Source of the DNA: Minisyncoccota bacterium
Lineage (GTDB): Bacteria > Patescibacteriota > Minisyncoccia > Phycocordibacterales > UBA9973
NCBI GenBank assembly: GCA_041659205.1
Contig: JBAZYS010000001.1
Coordinates: forward strand, 123,166 to 187,165
Direction: 5' to 3'
DNA length: 64,000 nucleotides
Part shown: one piece after another, positions 30,701-40,702 of the stretch
Position numbering within the stretch: the first letter of the stretch is position 1
Layout: each line of letters begins with the position of its first letter
Notes under the pieces: generated by a model
Database searches by the model: none
The model's input: the letters and a program-made list of their open reading frames with translations, nothing else
What the model was told of the DNA's origin: nothing
Made by a program: the position numbers and the translations under genes

Positions 30701-31056
30701 TAATGCCTATACTCATTACTCCCATTATTTCAATTACTCCCATTATTCCAATTTCTCCGGTTTTTCAAATGACAGAAACTGTTTGTAGAATAGGAGAAAA
30801 ATTTAGCACAAATACAGGCTTACCCTGTACGTCTTATCAAAATCCTCCAGTATTAAATTGCCCTATTACTCTTACTTTAAGACTTGGCAGTAAGGGAGTT
30901 CAAGTTAAATGCTTGCAGATTGGCCTTAATATATCATCTGATGGTAGTTTTGGCTTAAAAACTAAAGCAGCAGTCATTGTATTTCAAAAGAGTAAAAACT
31001 TAGTACCAGATGGAATTTTTGGGCCTAAATCTAGAGCATTGTGGGACAAGAATTAA
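27718..31056 (+). CDS. Secreted surface protein: NHL/SBBP-like propeller, Ig-like repeats, PD40/TolB-like propeller and C-terminal peptidoglycan-binding domain
   Basis: Signal peptide; IDxAGNVYTAN repeats; ISSDGRYVVF repeats; LRLGSKG...FQK...DGIFGPKS. Confidence 0.85.
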   Translation: MKKLLLTRILIVSTFLFCLFFSRTAFAATLTLGTTGALPFDLVVDGAGNIYTANYVASNVSKITPAGVSTVLGVTGTSPVAITIDAAGNVYTANSGSNNVSKITPAGVSTILGTTGSSPYGITIDGAGNVYTANIGSNDISKITPAGVSTIFATTGTSAPYDIILDGAGNLYTANPGTQEIWKITPAGVASVLGTTASNAYNLVMDSAGNIYAPNSNPSYTISKITPAGASSIFAAVTADSSNITIDSIDNLYISNSFLNNVEKITPLGVLTVVGTTGLYPRSVAVDATGNIYTGDSDSNTITKITNPAITETIPVPNPTTTDGLFYTFDSNSDGVITYGGSCSSATTNAVVGSNTITFNTLAIGTYSNCSIFITDGFGQSNTLSLGLFYVGGSHNATVSSTSYTVSVGGTPTETISNVPYGTSKATFLANLTPNYVVQTWNDIGVHDPVINGDTLIITAEDGTTIVTYDISVIPPSADATITSATYTVTAGGTANETISNVMFGTSKATFLANLSQGYPVQTLNDIGIHDPVVNGDILVVTAEDGITIVTYTVAVNPQLVGPASLIELDIDIAGTASFNSYAYGPKNNISLDNRYVVFSSSAENLVLDDTNLVTDIFLRDTQTNTTTRVSVATDGAEGNASSYNTAISSDGRYVVFQSDATNLVLDDINGMTDIFLRDTQTNTTTRVSVATDGAEGNASSYNTAISSDGRYVVFQSDATNFVLDDTNLVTDIFLRDTQTNTTTRVSVATDGTEGNDYSTASFISSDGRYVVFESVATNLVLDDTNLTTDIFLRDTQTNTTTRVSVATDGTEGNNTSAYSAISGDGKYIAFRSYATNLVTGDTNNQRDIFLRNLQNNTTTRVSVSSSGVEGDGASYAPSISSDGRYVAFRSLATNLVTGDINSLSDIFVRDILNNITTRISLSVDGLESNSSSDYPTISADGKYVAFQSNATNLIPDIPGSGQGNYYLARVRDPIIVTPVPQDSGPVILTYAGRVMPILITPIISITPIIPISPVFQMTETVCRIGEKFSTNTGLPCTSYQNPPVLNCPITLTLRLGSKGVQVKCLQIGLNISSDGSFGLKTKAAVIVFQKSKNLVPDGIFGPKSRALWDKN
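29530..30225 (+). repeat. Four near-identical 174-bp (58-aa) tandem repeats
   Basis: Unit starting aatcttgtattggatgatactaat... recurs at about 29530, 29704, 29878 and 30052. Confidence 0.85.
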
Positions 31057-31076
31057 AATTGTGATATAATTTTAAT

Positions 31077-31472
31077 ATGCAAATAAATTTACAAGGAAAG
31101 GGAATGGAATTAACAGAAGCTATTAAAGATTATGTCTTAAAAAGAGTTACTAATTTAGATAAATTACTTTCTGGTATTGAGAAAAGGGGAGGAGAGGTAA
31201 ATGCAAATTTTGAAGTTGTTAAAACTACAAATCATCACAAAGCCGGTGAGATTTTTCACGCAAGTTGCAAAATTAATCTAGATGGTAAAAGTTTTTTTGG
31301 TGAAAGTGATCATGAAGATTTATATAGTGCAATTGATGAGGTGAAAGAAACCCTTTTTAGTGAAATAAGTAAAAGTAAAGACCGCAAACAAACACTTTTT
31401 AAACGTGGAGCCTCGAGTGTTAAGAAAATGTTAAAAGGTCTCTCCAATAGGAATCCTTTTACTTCTAAGTAG
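31077..31472 (+). CDS. raiA: Ribosome hibernation factor HPF/RaiA
   Basis: MQINLQGKGMELTEAIKDYV...EDLYSAIDEV. Confidence 0.9.
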   Translation: MQINLQGKGMELTEAIKDYVLKRVTNLDKLLSGIEKRGGEVNANFEVVKTTNHHKAGEIFHASCKINLDGKSFFGESDHEDLYSAIDEVKETLFSEISKSKDRKQTLFKRGASSVKKMLKGLSNRNPFTSK

Positions 31473-32382
31473 AAGATCTTAGAAAGTCTTCATATTTTAT
31501 CTCTTTTTTACCTTCAGGTAATACTTTTTTTATTATGAATTGTCCGTTTTCTAATGTGGCATCCGTGATGATGATTCTCTTATCATTATGAAAAAAGAAA
31601 GTGCGGGGCCAAGCTGCATAAGCCCTAAATTTATTGTAATTTTTTATAGCATCAGCTTTTAAATCTATTAAACCATCTTCTTTTTTAATTTTTTTACAAA
31701 AGGTTGCTTTTTTTTCATCTTGGATTATTTCTTCGGTATCTCCATTTATATATACAGGTAAAGTTTTTACTAAAAGGTCACCACCCAACTTTATTAAACG
31801 TTTGCGTAATTCTATAGCTTTCTCGTCAGGGAAGATGTTTACTTTTTCTTCACTTATAATAGGACCAGAATCCATCTGGTATTCCATTTTTTGTATAGTA
31901 ATGCCTGTTTCTGTGTCACCGTTTAAAATGGCTGACTCTACAGGTGAGGCACCACGATACTTAGGAAGTAGAGAATAATGTATATTTATGGAGCCCAATT
32001 TAGGAATATTTAAAATATTTTCAGGTATTATTTTTCCATAAGCAACAACCAAGAAGAGCTGGATATTACTTTTATCACCACACATATTTTCCTGCTGGAA
32101 AATTGCTCTTCTCGCCTCGTCAGGCTGCGAAAGGGTTCTAAAAGCAATATCCAGCTCTTCTTTTGTGAGTTTCGCTGGTTGAATGTATGGAATATTATTT
32201 TTTTGAGCCCAGACCTTTACGGGCGGTGGGGTGATAATCATTTTGCGTCCTTGGGGTTTGTCAGGGGAGGTAACAATAAGAGATGGAATATATCCATTTT
32301 CCTTTAAAATTTCTAAAGTTTCCTCAGCTACGTCCGGTGTACCCCAAAATACAAAATTTAAATTATTGTTTTGTGTATCCAT
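31465..32382 (-). CDS. fmt: Methionyl-tRNA formyltransferase with an in-frame palindromic insertion
   Basis: FWGTP, VVAYGKI, NIHYSLLPKYRGASP, MDSGPI. Confidence 0.95.
   Translation of the reverse strand: MDTQNNNLNFVFWGTPDVAEETLEILKENGYIPSLIVTSPDKPQGRKMIITPPPVKVWAQKNNIPYIQPAKLTKEELDIAFRTLSQPDEARRAIFQQENMCGDKSNIQLFLVVAYGKIIPENILNIPKLGSINIHYSLLPKYRGASPVESAILNGDTETGITIQKMEYQMDSGPIISEEKVNIFPDEKAIELRKRLIKLGGDLLVKTLPVYINGDTEEIIQDEKKATFCKKIKKEDGLIDLKADAIKNYNKFRAYAAWPRTFFFHNDKRIIITDATLENGQFIIKKVLPEGKKEIKYEDFLRSST
32051..32162 (-). repeat. Structured palindromic element, copy A (inside fmt)
   Basis: 24-bp inverted arms (23/24 match) enclosing a 64-nt two-hairpin core related to copies B and C. Confidence 0.8.
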
Positions 32383-32385
32383 AAT

Positions 32386-32946
32386 TTATTTTCTCGCTGG
32401 AAGTTCTTCCTTGATATCTTTAGCATGGTCGATAAAAAGTATACCGTTTAGGTGGTCAGTTTCATGTTGAAAAATTTGAGCAAGAAGCCCGGAGGCACCT
32501 CTTTGGAATTTCTTTCCATTTTCATCGTAAGCCGTGATTATAACCTTTTTGGATCTAAAAGTTTTTCCATAGAGCCATCTGACTGAAAGGCAGCCTTCTG
32601 GTAGCCATTCTTTTTCACGGGAAAGCTTTGAAATTTTTGGGTTGATAAATATTAAATCTTTTAGTATTTCTTTTTTGGGAGCTGGTTTTGCAATATTTTC
32701 ATTTAGAAATTCCTCTTCTCTAGTTTTAGCGAAATCTTTAGCAAATATTTTGCCTGATACGACAAAAATACGTAGTTTGTACCCTATCTGAGGAGCAGCG
32801 ATGGCTACTCCGTCGTCTTGGCTTTTGAGAGAAATCGACATGTCTTTTAGGACATTTTGTATTTTTTTTGTTTTGATATCAGAAATACTCACCTCTTCTG
32901 CTATTTGGTGTAGAACTTTTTCTTTTTGTTGAAGAATTTTCTTCAT
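32386..32946 (-). CDS. def: Peptide deformylase
   Basis: GVAIAAPQIG, EGCLSV, QHETDHLNG. Confidence 0.97.
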   Translation of the reverse strand: MKKILQQKEKVLHQIAEEVSISDIKTKKIQNVLKDMSISLKSQDDGVAIAAPQIGYKLRIFVVSGKIFAKDFAKTREEEFLNENIAKPAPKKEILKDLIFINPKISKLSREKEWLPEGCLSVRWLYGKTFRSKKVIITAYDENGKKFQRGASGLLAQIFQHETDHLNGILFIDHAKDIKEELPARK

Positions 32947-32952
32947 TTGTTT

Positions 32953-34260
32953 TTATTTTAGTTCTTTTAAATATTCTAGAAGTTTAGACATTTTTACTGT
33001 GTCTTGTGATCTGTTTGACATATCTCTAACGATAACAGAATTATCGAGAGCCTCTTTTAATCCGAAGATTATTGAGTAGGGAATAGCGAGTTTTTCAGCA
33101 ATTGCTAATTGAGATCCTAGGCTATCCTTGGACAGAGATTGAGCAATGGGGATGTGGGCTTTACGTAATATTTCTATTATATTTAAGCTTTTTAATTTTG
33201 CTTCAGAGCCTAGTTGAATAAAGTAAATTTTTGGTTTCTTTAGGATACGAGGTGAAAGTTTTTTATACCATTTTGATTCTACTATTCTATCTACTCCCAT
33301 AGAAAATCCAACAGCTGGAACATCTTTTTTGCCTCCAAGTTGTTTTGCAAGATAATCATATCTTCCACCAGAGGCGACTTGAACAGGTAACCCACCTTCT
33401 TCTTCATTTTCCGTGTAAACTTCAAAAACAGTTCGGGTGTAATAAGAAAGTCCACGAACTAAATTTTTATTTACATTATAAGAAATACCCATTTCTTCCA
33501 AGTATTCTAATACTTCTTTGAAGTGTTTTTTACATGAAGGACAAAGAAAAGATACAGAATCTGGAGCATTCATGTTTATTTCTTTTGTTTTTTCTTCTTT
33601 TGAATCGAGAATACGAAGTGGATTTATTTTTAATCTTTCACGATCTATTGCTGGCAAACTACTAATGTGTTTTCTGTAATAATTTGTAAGCTCTTTGAGG
33701 TAGGAATTTCTGCATTCTTTATCACCAAGAGAGTTAATCTCTACAGAAAGATTTTCTGCTCCAGCTTCTTCGAGAATGGTCATACCTGTTTTTATAACAA
33801 GCGCATCCATGATACTCTTCTCATTTCCCAAACAATCTAAATCAAACTGCCAAAACTGTCGGTATCGTCCGCGTTGAGGTTTATCGTGTCTGAATACTGG
33901 ACCATATTGATAAAACATAACAGGCTGAGGCATCGTCTGCATTCCATGCTCTATATAAGCACGCATAAGGGGAGCAGTGTGTTCTGGGCGAAGGGCTAAA
34001 TGATCTCCACCTTTAGTTTTCAAGTTGTACATTTCTTTATCTATGATGTCTGTACCTTCTCCGATAGTAGTGGTAAATATCTCTTCTTGTTCAAGGATTG
34101 GAGTATCGATTGGCTTGAAGCCATAATAGACTGCCACTTCTTGTGCTTTCTCGAAAAAACCTTGAAAACAATAATAGTCTTCATTCATTAAATCACGCAT
34201 TCCTTTTGGTGAGGATATATCTGAGATTTTAGCTTTATTTGTACCTGATGATTTTTTCAT
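32953..34260 (-). CDS. hisS: Histidine--tRNA ligase
   Basis: LRPEHTA, FRHDKPQRGRYRQF, LVRGLSYYT, GGRYD. Confidence 0.97.
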   Translation of the reverse strand: MKKSSGTNKAKISDISSPKGMRDLMNEDYYCFQGFFEKAQEVAVYYGFKPIDTPILEQEEIFTTTIGEGTDIIDKEMYNLKTKGGDHLALRPEHTAPLMRAYIEHGMQTMPQPVMFYQYGPVFRHDKPQRGRYRQFWQFDLDCLGNEKSIMDALVIKTGMTILEEAGAENLSVEINSLGDKECRNSYLKELTNYYRKHISSLPAIDRERLKINPLRILDSKEEKTKEINMNAPDSVSFLCPSCKKHFKEVLEYLEEMGISYNVNKNLVRGLSYYTRTVFEVYTENEEEGGLPVQVASGGRYDYLAKQLGGKKDVPAVGFSMGVDRIVESKWYKKLSPRILKKPKIYFIQLGSEAKLKSLNIIEILRKAHIPIAQSLSKDSLGSQLAIAEKLAIPYSIIFGLKEALDNSVIVRDMSNRSQDTVKMSKLLEYLKELK

Positions 34261-34290
34261 ATATTTACTTGTCCCGTAGTGAGTTTTGCT

Positions 34291-34893
34291 CTACTGCTGG
34301 ATTTCTGTTTGCTTATAATTACCTGGTAAAATATCTATTTTATTTATTGGTAGTAGGCGAATGAAAGCTCTTCCGGTGAGAAGATTCCTTTTAACAGCTC
34401 CCCAGTATCTAGAATCGGAGCTCGCTCCTCTGTTGTCACCCATGACGAAATATTCATCATTTTTTAATTCAAAGTGAGTTTCATTATTTGCGGGATTTTT
34501 TACGAAAGGTTGGTCGATTTTTAAAATTGTTGTTTTATCTTCTTTTGTTATTGTTACATCATTGCCTTTTATGTCCACTGTCTCATTCGGAAGACCGATA
34601 ATTCTTTTAATAAAGAATTTTGTTGTGTCGCCTGGATATCGGAAAACCACCACATCATCTCTTTTTGGATCACCTAATTTATAAGATACTTTATCTACAA
34701 TTAAATAATCTCCATTTGCAAACGTTGGTACCATCGAGCTTCCTGAAACAATAAATGGCTCAGCGATGAAAACACGTATTGGGACTACGACGATTAATGC
34801 TATAAATGCAAAGCGTACGAGCTCCCAAAACGATTGCATTTTTGTTTTTTCCTTTACTGATTGTATAGGAAAATCTATTTTTTCTTGTTCCAT
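34291..34893 (-). CDS. lepB: Signal peptidase I (start probably ATG 34893)
   Basis: GSSMVPT, FIKRIIGLP, GDNRGASSDSR; TGcTATACT ends 6 nt before ATG 34893. Confidence 0.95.
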   Translation of the reverse strand: MEQEKIDFPIQSVKEKTKMQSFWELVRFAFIALIVVVPIRVFIAEPFIVSGSSMVPTFANGDYLIVDKVSYKLGDPKRDDVVVFRYPGDTTKFFIKRIIGLPNETVDIKGNDVTITKEDKTTILKIDQPFVKNPANNETHFELKNDEYFVMGDNRGASSDSRYWGAVKRNLLTGRAFIRLLPINKIDILPGNYKQTEIQQ

Positions 34894-34955
34894 CGTCATA
34901 GTATAGCAGATAAAATCCTTGACAGGTTACTTATATTTGTTTTCTAATAAATTAG

Positions 34956-35070
34956 AAAAATCTTTAAAGTATAATTTTTTTTGGTACGGATTTTTTGAAG
35001 CTTAAAAAATCCTGAAATTCTCGGCTCGTCAGCCTCGAAACCCCGCAAAAACTATACTTTTAAGATTTTT
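34956..35070 (-). repeat. Structured palindromic element, copy B (lepB-pth intergenic)
   Basis: 62-bp core 34983-35044 is the exact reverse complement of 44737-44798; 24-bp arms match 22/24. Confidence 0.9.
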
Positions 35071-35103
35071 TATTAAATGCGATAGTGTGTTATTATATGA
35101 AAT

Positions 35104-35643
35104 ATGAAATTAGTTGTTGGTTTAGGAAATCCTGGGAAAGAGTATGAGAATACAAGGCATAATGCTGGACGGATTTTAGTGGGCTTAATTGAGATGAAAT
35201 TCGAAAAAGAGGGTGAAAAAAAGAAAATCAAATTTCTTACCCCTGATACTTTTATGAATAATTCTGGTAAAGCTGTTGCTCCTCTGATAAAAGCGAAAAA
35301 AGATTTGAAAGAGTTGATTGTAGTTTACGATGATATTGATTTGCCACTCGGGAAGATAAAAATTTCTTTTAATCGTTCTTCGGGGGGACATAATGGCCTT
35401 GCCTCTGTTATTAAGTCTGTAAAGAGTGAAGAATTTTTAAGAATAAGAATAGGCATCACGCCAGCCACAGCAAATGGTAGATTGAAAAAACCGAGAGGGG
35501 AGAAAGATGTTTTGAAATTTTTGCTTGGTGAATTTAGAAAACCAGAACTAGAAATACTGAAGAAATTATCTAAAAAAGTCGCTGATGCTGTTGAAACTAT
35601 CTTTGCTGAAGGTAAAGATAAAGCAATGAGTTTGTATAATTAA
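35104..35643 (+). CDS. pth: Peptidyl-tRNA hydrolase
   Basis: VGLGNPG, TRHNAG, FMNNSG, GGHNGL. Confidence 0.95.
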   Translation: MKLVVGLGNPGKEYENTRHNAGRILVGLIEMKFEKEGEKKKIKFLTPDTFMNNSGKAVAPLIKAKKDLKELIVVYDDIDLPLGKIKISFNRSSGGHNGLASVIKSVKSEEFLRIRIGITPATANGRLKKPRGEKDVLKFLLGEFRKPELEILKKLSKKVADAVETIFAEGKDKAMSLYN

Positions 35644-35698
35644 TCCTATTGACTTTTTTGTAATATTATATATAATAATAAGTTGAAAGGAGGCTCCT

Positions 35699-35941
35699 AT
35701 GCTTCTATGGTTGATGGTCGTCGTGCAGATGATCGTGTGGGGATGGTTCTCGTTTAATGGAGGCAAGCTGAGTGATCGAGCGTTCTTGGTGTTCACTCTC
35801 GGCATGCTTCTTGGACAGCTTGGTGCTGGGGTCGAAACCTATCATCTGGCTGCCTGGAGGGCCTTCGTTATCCAAGTTTACTTTTTCCTCTTCACAGCAC
35901 TCGGCGGGATTCAGCGTATCCGTCAAATGCGTAAGAGTTGA
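35699..35941 (+). CDS. Small multi-TM membrane protein, GC-richer than its neighbours
   Basis: AAAGGAGG SD, hydrophobic 80 aa, own terminator. Confidence 0.75.
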   Translation: MLLWLMVVVQMIVWGWFSFNGGKLSDRAFLVFTLGMLLGQLGAGVETYHLAAWRAFVIQVYFFLFTALGGIQRIRQMRKS

Positions 35942-35959
35942 ACATCCGCCCGTGCAAGG

Positions 35960-35990
35960 AGATCGCTCCGAGCCGGGCGATCTTTTTTTA
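35960..35990 (+). terminator. Intrinsic terminator
   Basis: agatcgctc-N6-gggcgatct followed by a T tract. Confidence 0.7.
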
Positions 35991-36015
35991 TATATACAGA
36001 TCAAGTAATATTTTT

Positions 36016-39000
36016 CTAAATCTCTTTTACTGCTTCGATGATGATACTTTTTTCGCCATTCTTGAGAGAGACCTTTCCAGAAAGGGCAATACATTTTTCA
36101 GCTACTAATATATCTACGCAATCTTTAAAGATAGAAGGGAAGCAGACCGCTTCGATGGAATCAGTTAAGTCAGCAATTTTTAGGAAAGCCATGCGTTCGT
36201 TATTTTTTGTTACAACTTGTCTTGTATTTTCTATTATTCCAGCGATAGTTACAGGCATGCCATTGCCGAGTTCTTCTTTGATTTTTTTAATATTTATATC
36301 TCGTTTTTCAAGTTTCTCGCGTATGCGGTCGAGTGGATGTCCTGAAATATAGAGGCCGAGAAGCTCTTTTTCCCAAAGCAATTTTTCTGCTTGGTTTGCA
36401 GCTTTTCCTATTTGGAGTTTGAATTCAGGAGCTTTAATTGTAGATATTCCACCGAAGAGAGAAACTTGGTTTTCATTTTGTTTAGAGTTCTCGTGATTGT
36501 ATTCGAGCATTCCTTCAAGGTTTTGAAGTAGAACTCCTCTATCTTCCCAATCATCCATACAGCCAGACTTAATTAAAGCATCCATTGATTTCTTATTTAA
36601 ATTTTTATGTTTGATTCTGTCTAGAAAATTTGTAATTGAGGTAAATTTTCCATTAAGTTTTCTTTCGGCAATGATTGAGTCAGAGATATCTGTTCCTAGA
36701 TTTTTAATAGTATAAAATCCAAATCTAATTTTTTCACTTTTATTTTTATTATTTATTTCTGTATCTTTTTCATGTGGAAGACAAGTAAAGCCCCCATAAC
36801 TTTCATTAATGTTTGGAGGGAGAATCGGAATATTCATTTTTTTACATTCTTCGATTATCTCAGAAATCTTTTCTACATCGCCTGACTCAGCGGTGAGAAT
36901 TGCTGTCATATACTCCACAGGATAATGGGCTTTCATATAAGCAGTATTGTAGGCGACTTTACCATATGAAGCGGCATGTGCTTTGTTGAAACCATAAGCC
37001 TGGAAAGGTTCGAAGAGTTTCCAGAGTTTTTCGGCGAATTCAGGTGTCTGGCCATTGGTGATTATGCCTTTAGTAAATTTCTCTCTTTGGGCAGCCATTT
37101 CTTTCGGAATTTTTTTACCGACAGCTTTACGGAATTTATCCGCTTCTTCCCAGTTGTATCCAGCTAGATCTATTGCACAAAATAGTAGATCATCTTGGTA
37201 AACGATAAGCCCATAAGATTCACCGAGGAATTTTTTCATTCTTGGGTCTAAATATTTTACGAGTCTTGGGTTTTGTTTGCGTTTAATATATTCAGGTATT
37301 GACTCCATCGGGCCTGGACGATAAAGAGCGACCATAGCATTGATGTCGTGAATAGAAGTAGGTTTTAGTTCTTTTAAGTATCTCGTCATTCCACTACCAT
37401 TCAATTGAAATAAACCTTCTGTTTGGCCATTCGCTAAGAGTTCGAAAGTTTTCTTATCGTCAAGGGGGATACGATCTATGTCTATGTTTACGTTGTAGAA
37501 TTTTTTAACTAAATTTATTGCGTCAGAAAGAATTGCTAAATTTCTGATACCTAGAAAATCGAATTTAAGTAATCCTGCGTCTTCGGCACTATACATGTCG
37601 TACTGAGTAATTATTTTCCCCCCCTTGGGGTCTAGTTGAGTCGGCATATATTCATAGATTGGTCTAGGAGCGATGACGACTCCAGCCGCATGGACAGAGA
37701 TGTGTCTAACACAGCCCTCGAGCTTTTTTGCCAGGTCTATTATTTCTCGTGTGTCTTTTTCTTTTTCATATGCATCCTTTAACTCTGGGACAATTTCCAT
37801 CGCATGGTCTATAGTCATTGGCATTCCTTGAGAACCAAGTGGTATCATCTTTGAGATTCTGTCTCCAATAGTGTATGGGTGAGCGAGCGCTCGAGCGACG
37901 TCACGTACAGCACCCTTGGCCATCATTGTTCCGAAAGTTCCAATCTGTGCAACCTTGTCTTCGCCGTATTTACTTTTTACATATTCAATCATTTCATCGC
38001 GTCTGTTGTCGGCATAGTCCATGTCGATATCAGGTGGCGAAGGACGAAATGGGTTTAAGAATCTTTCGAAGGGAAGTTTGTATTCAATAGGATTTATATT
38101 TGTAATTCCTAAAAGGTAAGTAACCATTGATCCTGCGACTGAGCCTCTAATGGCACTTAAAATTCCGTTTTCTTTAGCAAAACGCAGAAGGTCACCCACA
38201 ACCAAGAAATATGGAGAATATCCTTTATCACAAATAACTTTTAGCTCATATTCTACTCTTTCCTTGATTTCGGGAGTTTCTTTTAACCCGAGTCTTTCAA
38301 AACCTGCATATGCAAGTTCACGAAGTTTTTCGTCGGGAGTTTTTCCTCCTTCTATTTTGAAATCAGGAAAAACCCAGCGACCAAGTTCTATTTCCACATC
38401 ACACATATCCGCAATTTTTGCAGTATTGGTCACAGCTTCCGGAGTATCTTTAAAAAGTTCTTTTGCCTTTTTTGTATCGATGAATGAATAATCATCATCT
38501 CCGAAAGAGAATTTATTTTCGTCTTTGATGTCAGAATTTGTTTGGATAGCGAGCAGAGTTTCATGCGCTTTGTTGTCATCGACACAAGGGTAGTGTGAAT
38601 CAATTGTAGCAACGAGTGGAATATTAAATTTCTTTCCAAGTTTAATAATTTCTGTTCGGACTTCTTCATCACCTGGCACGGTGCTGTGTTTCATTATTTC
38701 TAAGAAATAATTTTCCTTACCGAAAATTTCTTGATGTTCTATTATTATTTTTTCAGCAGACTCGATATTTTTATTAGCTAGCGCCCGAGATAATTCTCCT
38801 CCGAGGCAGCCAGAGAGAGCGATGATTCCTTCACCGTATGTTTTCAATATTTCTTTATCCATTCGTGGTTTATAATAAAAACCTTCTAGATTAGAAATAG
38901 TTACGAGTCGCATTAGGTTTTTATAACCAGTTAGATTTTTTGCAAGTAGGGTAAGGTGATATCTTTTATTATCTATTCCTGGGTCTTTGTTGAGTCTGCT

Positions 39001-39231
39001 ACGATTTGCTACATATGCTTCCACTCCGATGATAGGTTTGATACCAGCTTTTTTGGCTAATTTATAAAACTCTATAGCTCCGTACATATTGCCATGGTCA
39101 GTGATGGCTATTGCCGGCATTTCGAATTTTTTGGCTAGGTCAACCAAATTTTCGAGCTTGGAAAGCCCATCCAATAGTGAGTAGTGGCTGTGGGTATGGA
39201 GATGTATGAATTTAGGTTCTTCTGCCGGCAT
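36016..39231 (-). CDS. dnaE: DNA polymerase III alpha subunit
   Basis: [16 protein letters not shown] domain, [23 protein letters not shown]. Confidence 0.98.
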   Translation of the reverse strand: MPAEEPKFIHLHTHSHYSLLDGLSKLENLVDLAKKFEMPAIAITDHGNMYGAIEFYKLAKKAGIKPIIGVEAYVANRSRLNKDPGIDNKRYHLTLLAKNLTGYKNLMRLVTISNLEGFYYKPRMDKEILKTYGEGIIALSGCLGGELSRALANKNIESAEKIIIEHQEIFGKENYFLEIMKHSTVPGDEEVRTEIIKLGKKFNIPLVATIDSHYPCVDDNKAHETLLAIQTNSDIKDENKFSFGDDDYSFIDTKKAKELFKDTPEAVTNTAKIADMCDVEIELGRWVFPDFKIEGGKTPDEKLRELAYAGFERLGLKETPEIKERVEYELKVICDKGYSPYFLVVGDLLRFAKENGILSAIRGSVAGSMVTYLLGITNINPIEYKLPFERFLNPFRPSPPDIDMDYADNRRDEMIEYVKSKYGEDKVAQIGTFGTMMAKGAVRDVARALAHPYTIGDRISKMIPLGSQGMPMTIDHAMEIVPELKDAYEKEKDTREIIDLAKKLEGCVRHISVHAAGVVIAPRPIYEYMPTQLDPKGGKIITQYDMYSAEDAGLLKFDFLGIRNLAILSDAINLVKKFYNVNIDIDRIPLDDKKTFELLANGQTEGLFQLNGSGMTRYLKELKPTSIHDINAMVALYRPGPMESIPEYIKRKQNPRLVKYLDPRMKKFLGESYGLIVYQDDLLFCAIDLAGYNWEEADKFRKAVGKKIPKEMAAQREKFTKGIITNGQTPEFAEKLWKLFEPFQAYGFNKAHAASYGKVAYNTAYMKAHYPVEYMTAILTAESGDVEKISEIIEECKKMNIPILPPNINESYGGFTCLPHEKDTEINNKNKSEKIRFGFYTIKNLGTDISDSIIAERKLNGKFTSITNFLDRIKHKNLNKKSMDALIKSGCMDDWEDRGVLLQNLEGMLEYNHENSKQNENQVSLFGGISTIKAPEFKLQIGKAANQAEKLLWEKELLGLYISGHPLDRIREKLEKRDINIKKIKEELGNGMPVTIAGIIENTRQVVTKNNERMAFLKIADLTDSIEAVCFPSIFKDCVDILVAEKCIALSGKVSLKNGEKSIIIEAVKEI

Positions 39232-39289
39232 TTTTCTATAATAGCATATTTTCTTTTGTTGTTTTATTTACTTTTGCTATAATGTAAAT

Positions 39290-40333
39290 ATGAAAAAAAT
39301 ACGAGTTGGAATTAATGGTTTCGGCAGAATAGGAAGAGCTTTTTTAAAGATTGCTTATGAGCGTCCCGAAATTGAGGTGGTGGCAGTAAATGACCTTGGT
39401 GATATTGAGAACATGGCTTATTTGCTTAAATATGACACGGTTTACAGGCAGTGGAACCATGATATTAAAGTTGAAGGAGATGGTGTTGTCATTGATGGTA
39501 AAAAAGTAAAAGTTCTAGCGCAAAAAGATCCAACGCTTCTTCCTTGGAAAGATTTAGACATTGATGTGGTTGTAGAGTCCACTGGACTTTTTACTTCTTA
39601 TGACAAAGCGAAAGTTCACTTGGATGCTGGAGCAAAAAAAGTCGTTATCTCTGCACCCGCGAAAGACGGAGACCTGCCTGCGCAGGCAGGTGGAACGGTA
39701 TCAGGGGAAACAATCTTGATGGGCGTAAATGAAGAAAAGTTCGGCACTTGTGATATTTCTTCGAATGGATCTTGCACTACTAATGCTACTAGTCCGCTTA
39801 TGGCAATACTTCATGAGGCAATAGGAATTGAAAAAGCTATGTTGAATACAACTCATTCTTATACAGGAACTCAGGGTATCGTCGATGGGCCAAATAAAAA
39901 AGATTTTCGTGAAGGACGCGCAGCAGCGCAGAATCTTGTGCCTGCTTCGACGGGCGCTGCTATATCTGTTACCAAGGCAATATCTGAATTAGCTGGTAAA
40001 TTTGATGGAGTAGCCGTGAGAGTTCCTACTGTTTGCGGTTCAATAAATAATGTAACTTTTATTTCAAAGAGAGACACCACAGTTGAAGAGGTAAATGATA
40101 TATTACGAAAAGCAGCGAAAGATTCTCGTTGGAAAAATGTTTTTGATGTGGTGGAAGAACCAGTCGTTTCCAGTGACATGCTGGGCAACACTCATGCTTC
40201 AGTAGCTGACCTTCTTTTGACAAAGGTTATTGATGGAAATCTAGTAAGTGTAATGGCTTGGTATGACAACGAAATGGGGTATACTTATACTCTAGTAGAT
40301 CATGTTATTAAAACAGGAAATACGATAAAATAA
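39290..40333 (+). CDS. gap: Glyceraldehyde-3-phosphate dehydrogenase type I
   Basis: INGFGRIGR, SCTTN, WYDNE. Confidence 0.97.
   Translation: MKKIRVGINGFGRIGRAFLKIAYERPEIEVVAVNDLGDIENMAYLLKYDTVYRQWNHDIKVEGDGVVIDGKKVKVLAQKDPTLLPWKDLDIDVVVESTGLFTSYDKAKVHLDAGAKKVVISAPAKDGDLPAQAGGTVSGETILMGVNEEKFGTCDISSNGSCTTNATSPLMAILHEAIGIEKAMLNTTHSYTGTQGIVDGPNKKDFREGRAAAQNLVPASTGAAISVTKAISELAGKFDGVAVRVPTVCGSINNVTFISKRDTTVEEVNDILRKAAKDSRWKNVFDVVEEPVVSSDMLGNTHASVADLLLTKVIDGNLVSVMAWYDNEMGYTYTLVDHVIKTGNTIK
39672..39691. repeat. 20-bp perfect palindrome in frame in gap
   Basis: acctgcctgcgcaggcaggt, encoding DLPAQAG. Confidence 0.8.
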
Positions 40334-40351
40334 AATTTTAAAACTGAAATT

Positions 40352-40383
40352 AAAAAAGCCGCAGAGTGAATCGTACGGCTTTT
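40352..40383. terminator. Bidirectional terminator between gap and the small minus-strand gene
   Basis: aaaaaagccgca...tacggctttt. Confidence 0.65.
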
Positions 40384-40403
40384 GGGTGAAGCAGGGTCGC
40401 GTC

Positions 40404-40559
40404 CTACTTCGAGATTGTCTGCTCTTGTTTGGTGGGAGGTTTCGATGCTGGCATGTACTTCTTCGGGAAGTAGTACAGGAAAAGACATGCGGCGATAAAA
40501 AGGACCACCCCTACGAAAATGAGCTGCGCTTGAAATTCATCCTCTTCTTTAGTGTTCAT
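40404..40559 (-). CDS. Small single-TM protein (51 aa), not in the ORF track
   Basis: MNTKEEDEFQAQLIFVGVVLFIAACLFLYYFPKKYMPASKPPTKQEQTISK; AGGGAG SD; TTGACA-17-TACTAT promoter ~100 nt upstream. Confidence 0.65.
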   Translation of the reverse strand: MNTKEEDEFQAQLIFVGVVLFIAACLFLYYFPKKYMPASKPPTKQEQTISK

Positions 40560-40702
40560 AGGAACTCCCTATTTTTATTGGTGAGACAAATGGTTCTCTT
40601 GGCGAGATTGCCAAGGAATCATATTTATCGAAGAATCGTTGCTATCCAAGTAAAATAGTACCGTTTTTTACAGATTTGTCAATACAAAAGATAAAGAAAT
40701 AT

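Noticed and set aside
40300-40658. ORF-track calls 40386..40658(+) and 40300..40488(-)
   Set aside because: Shadows of the better-supported 51-aa gene 40404..40559(-), which has a promoter, SD and terminator.
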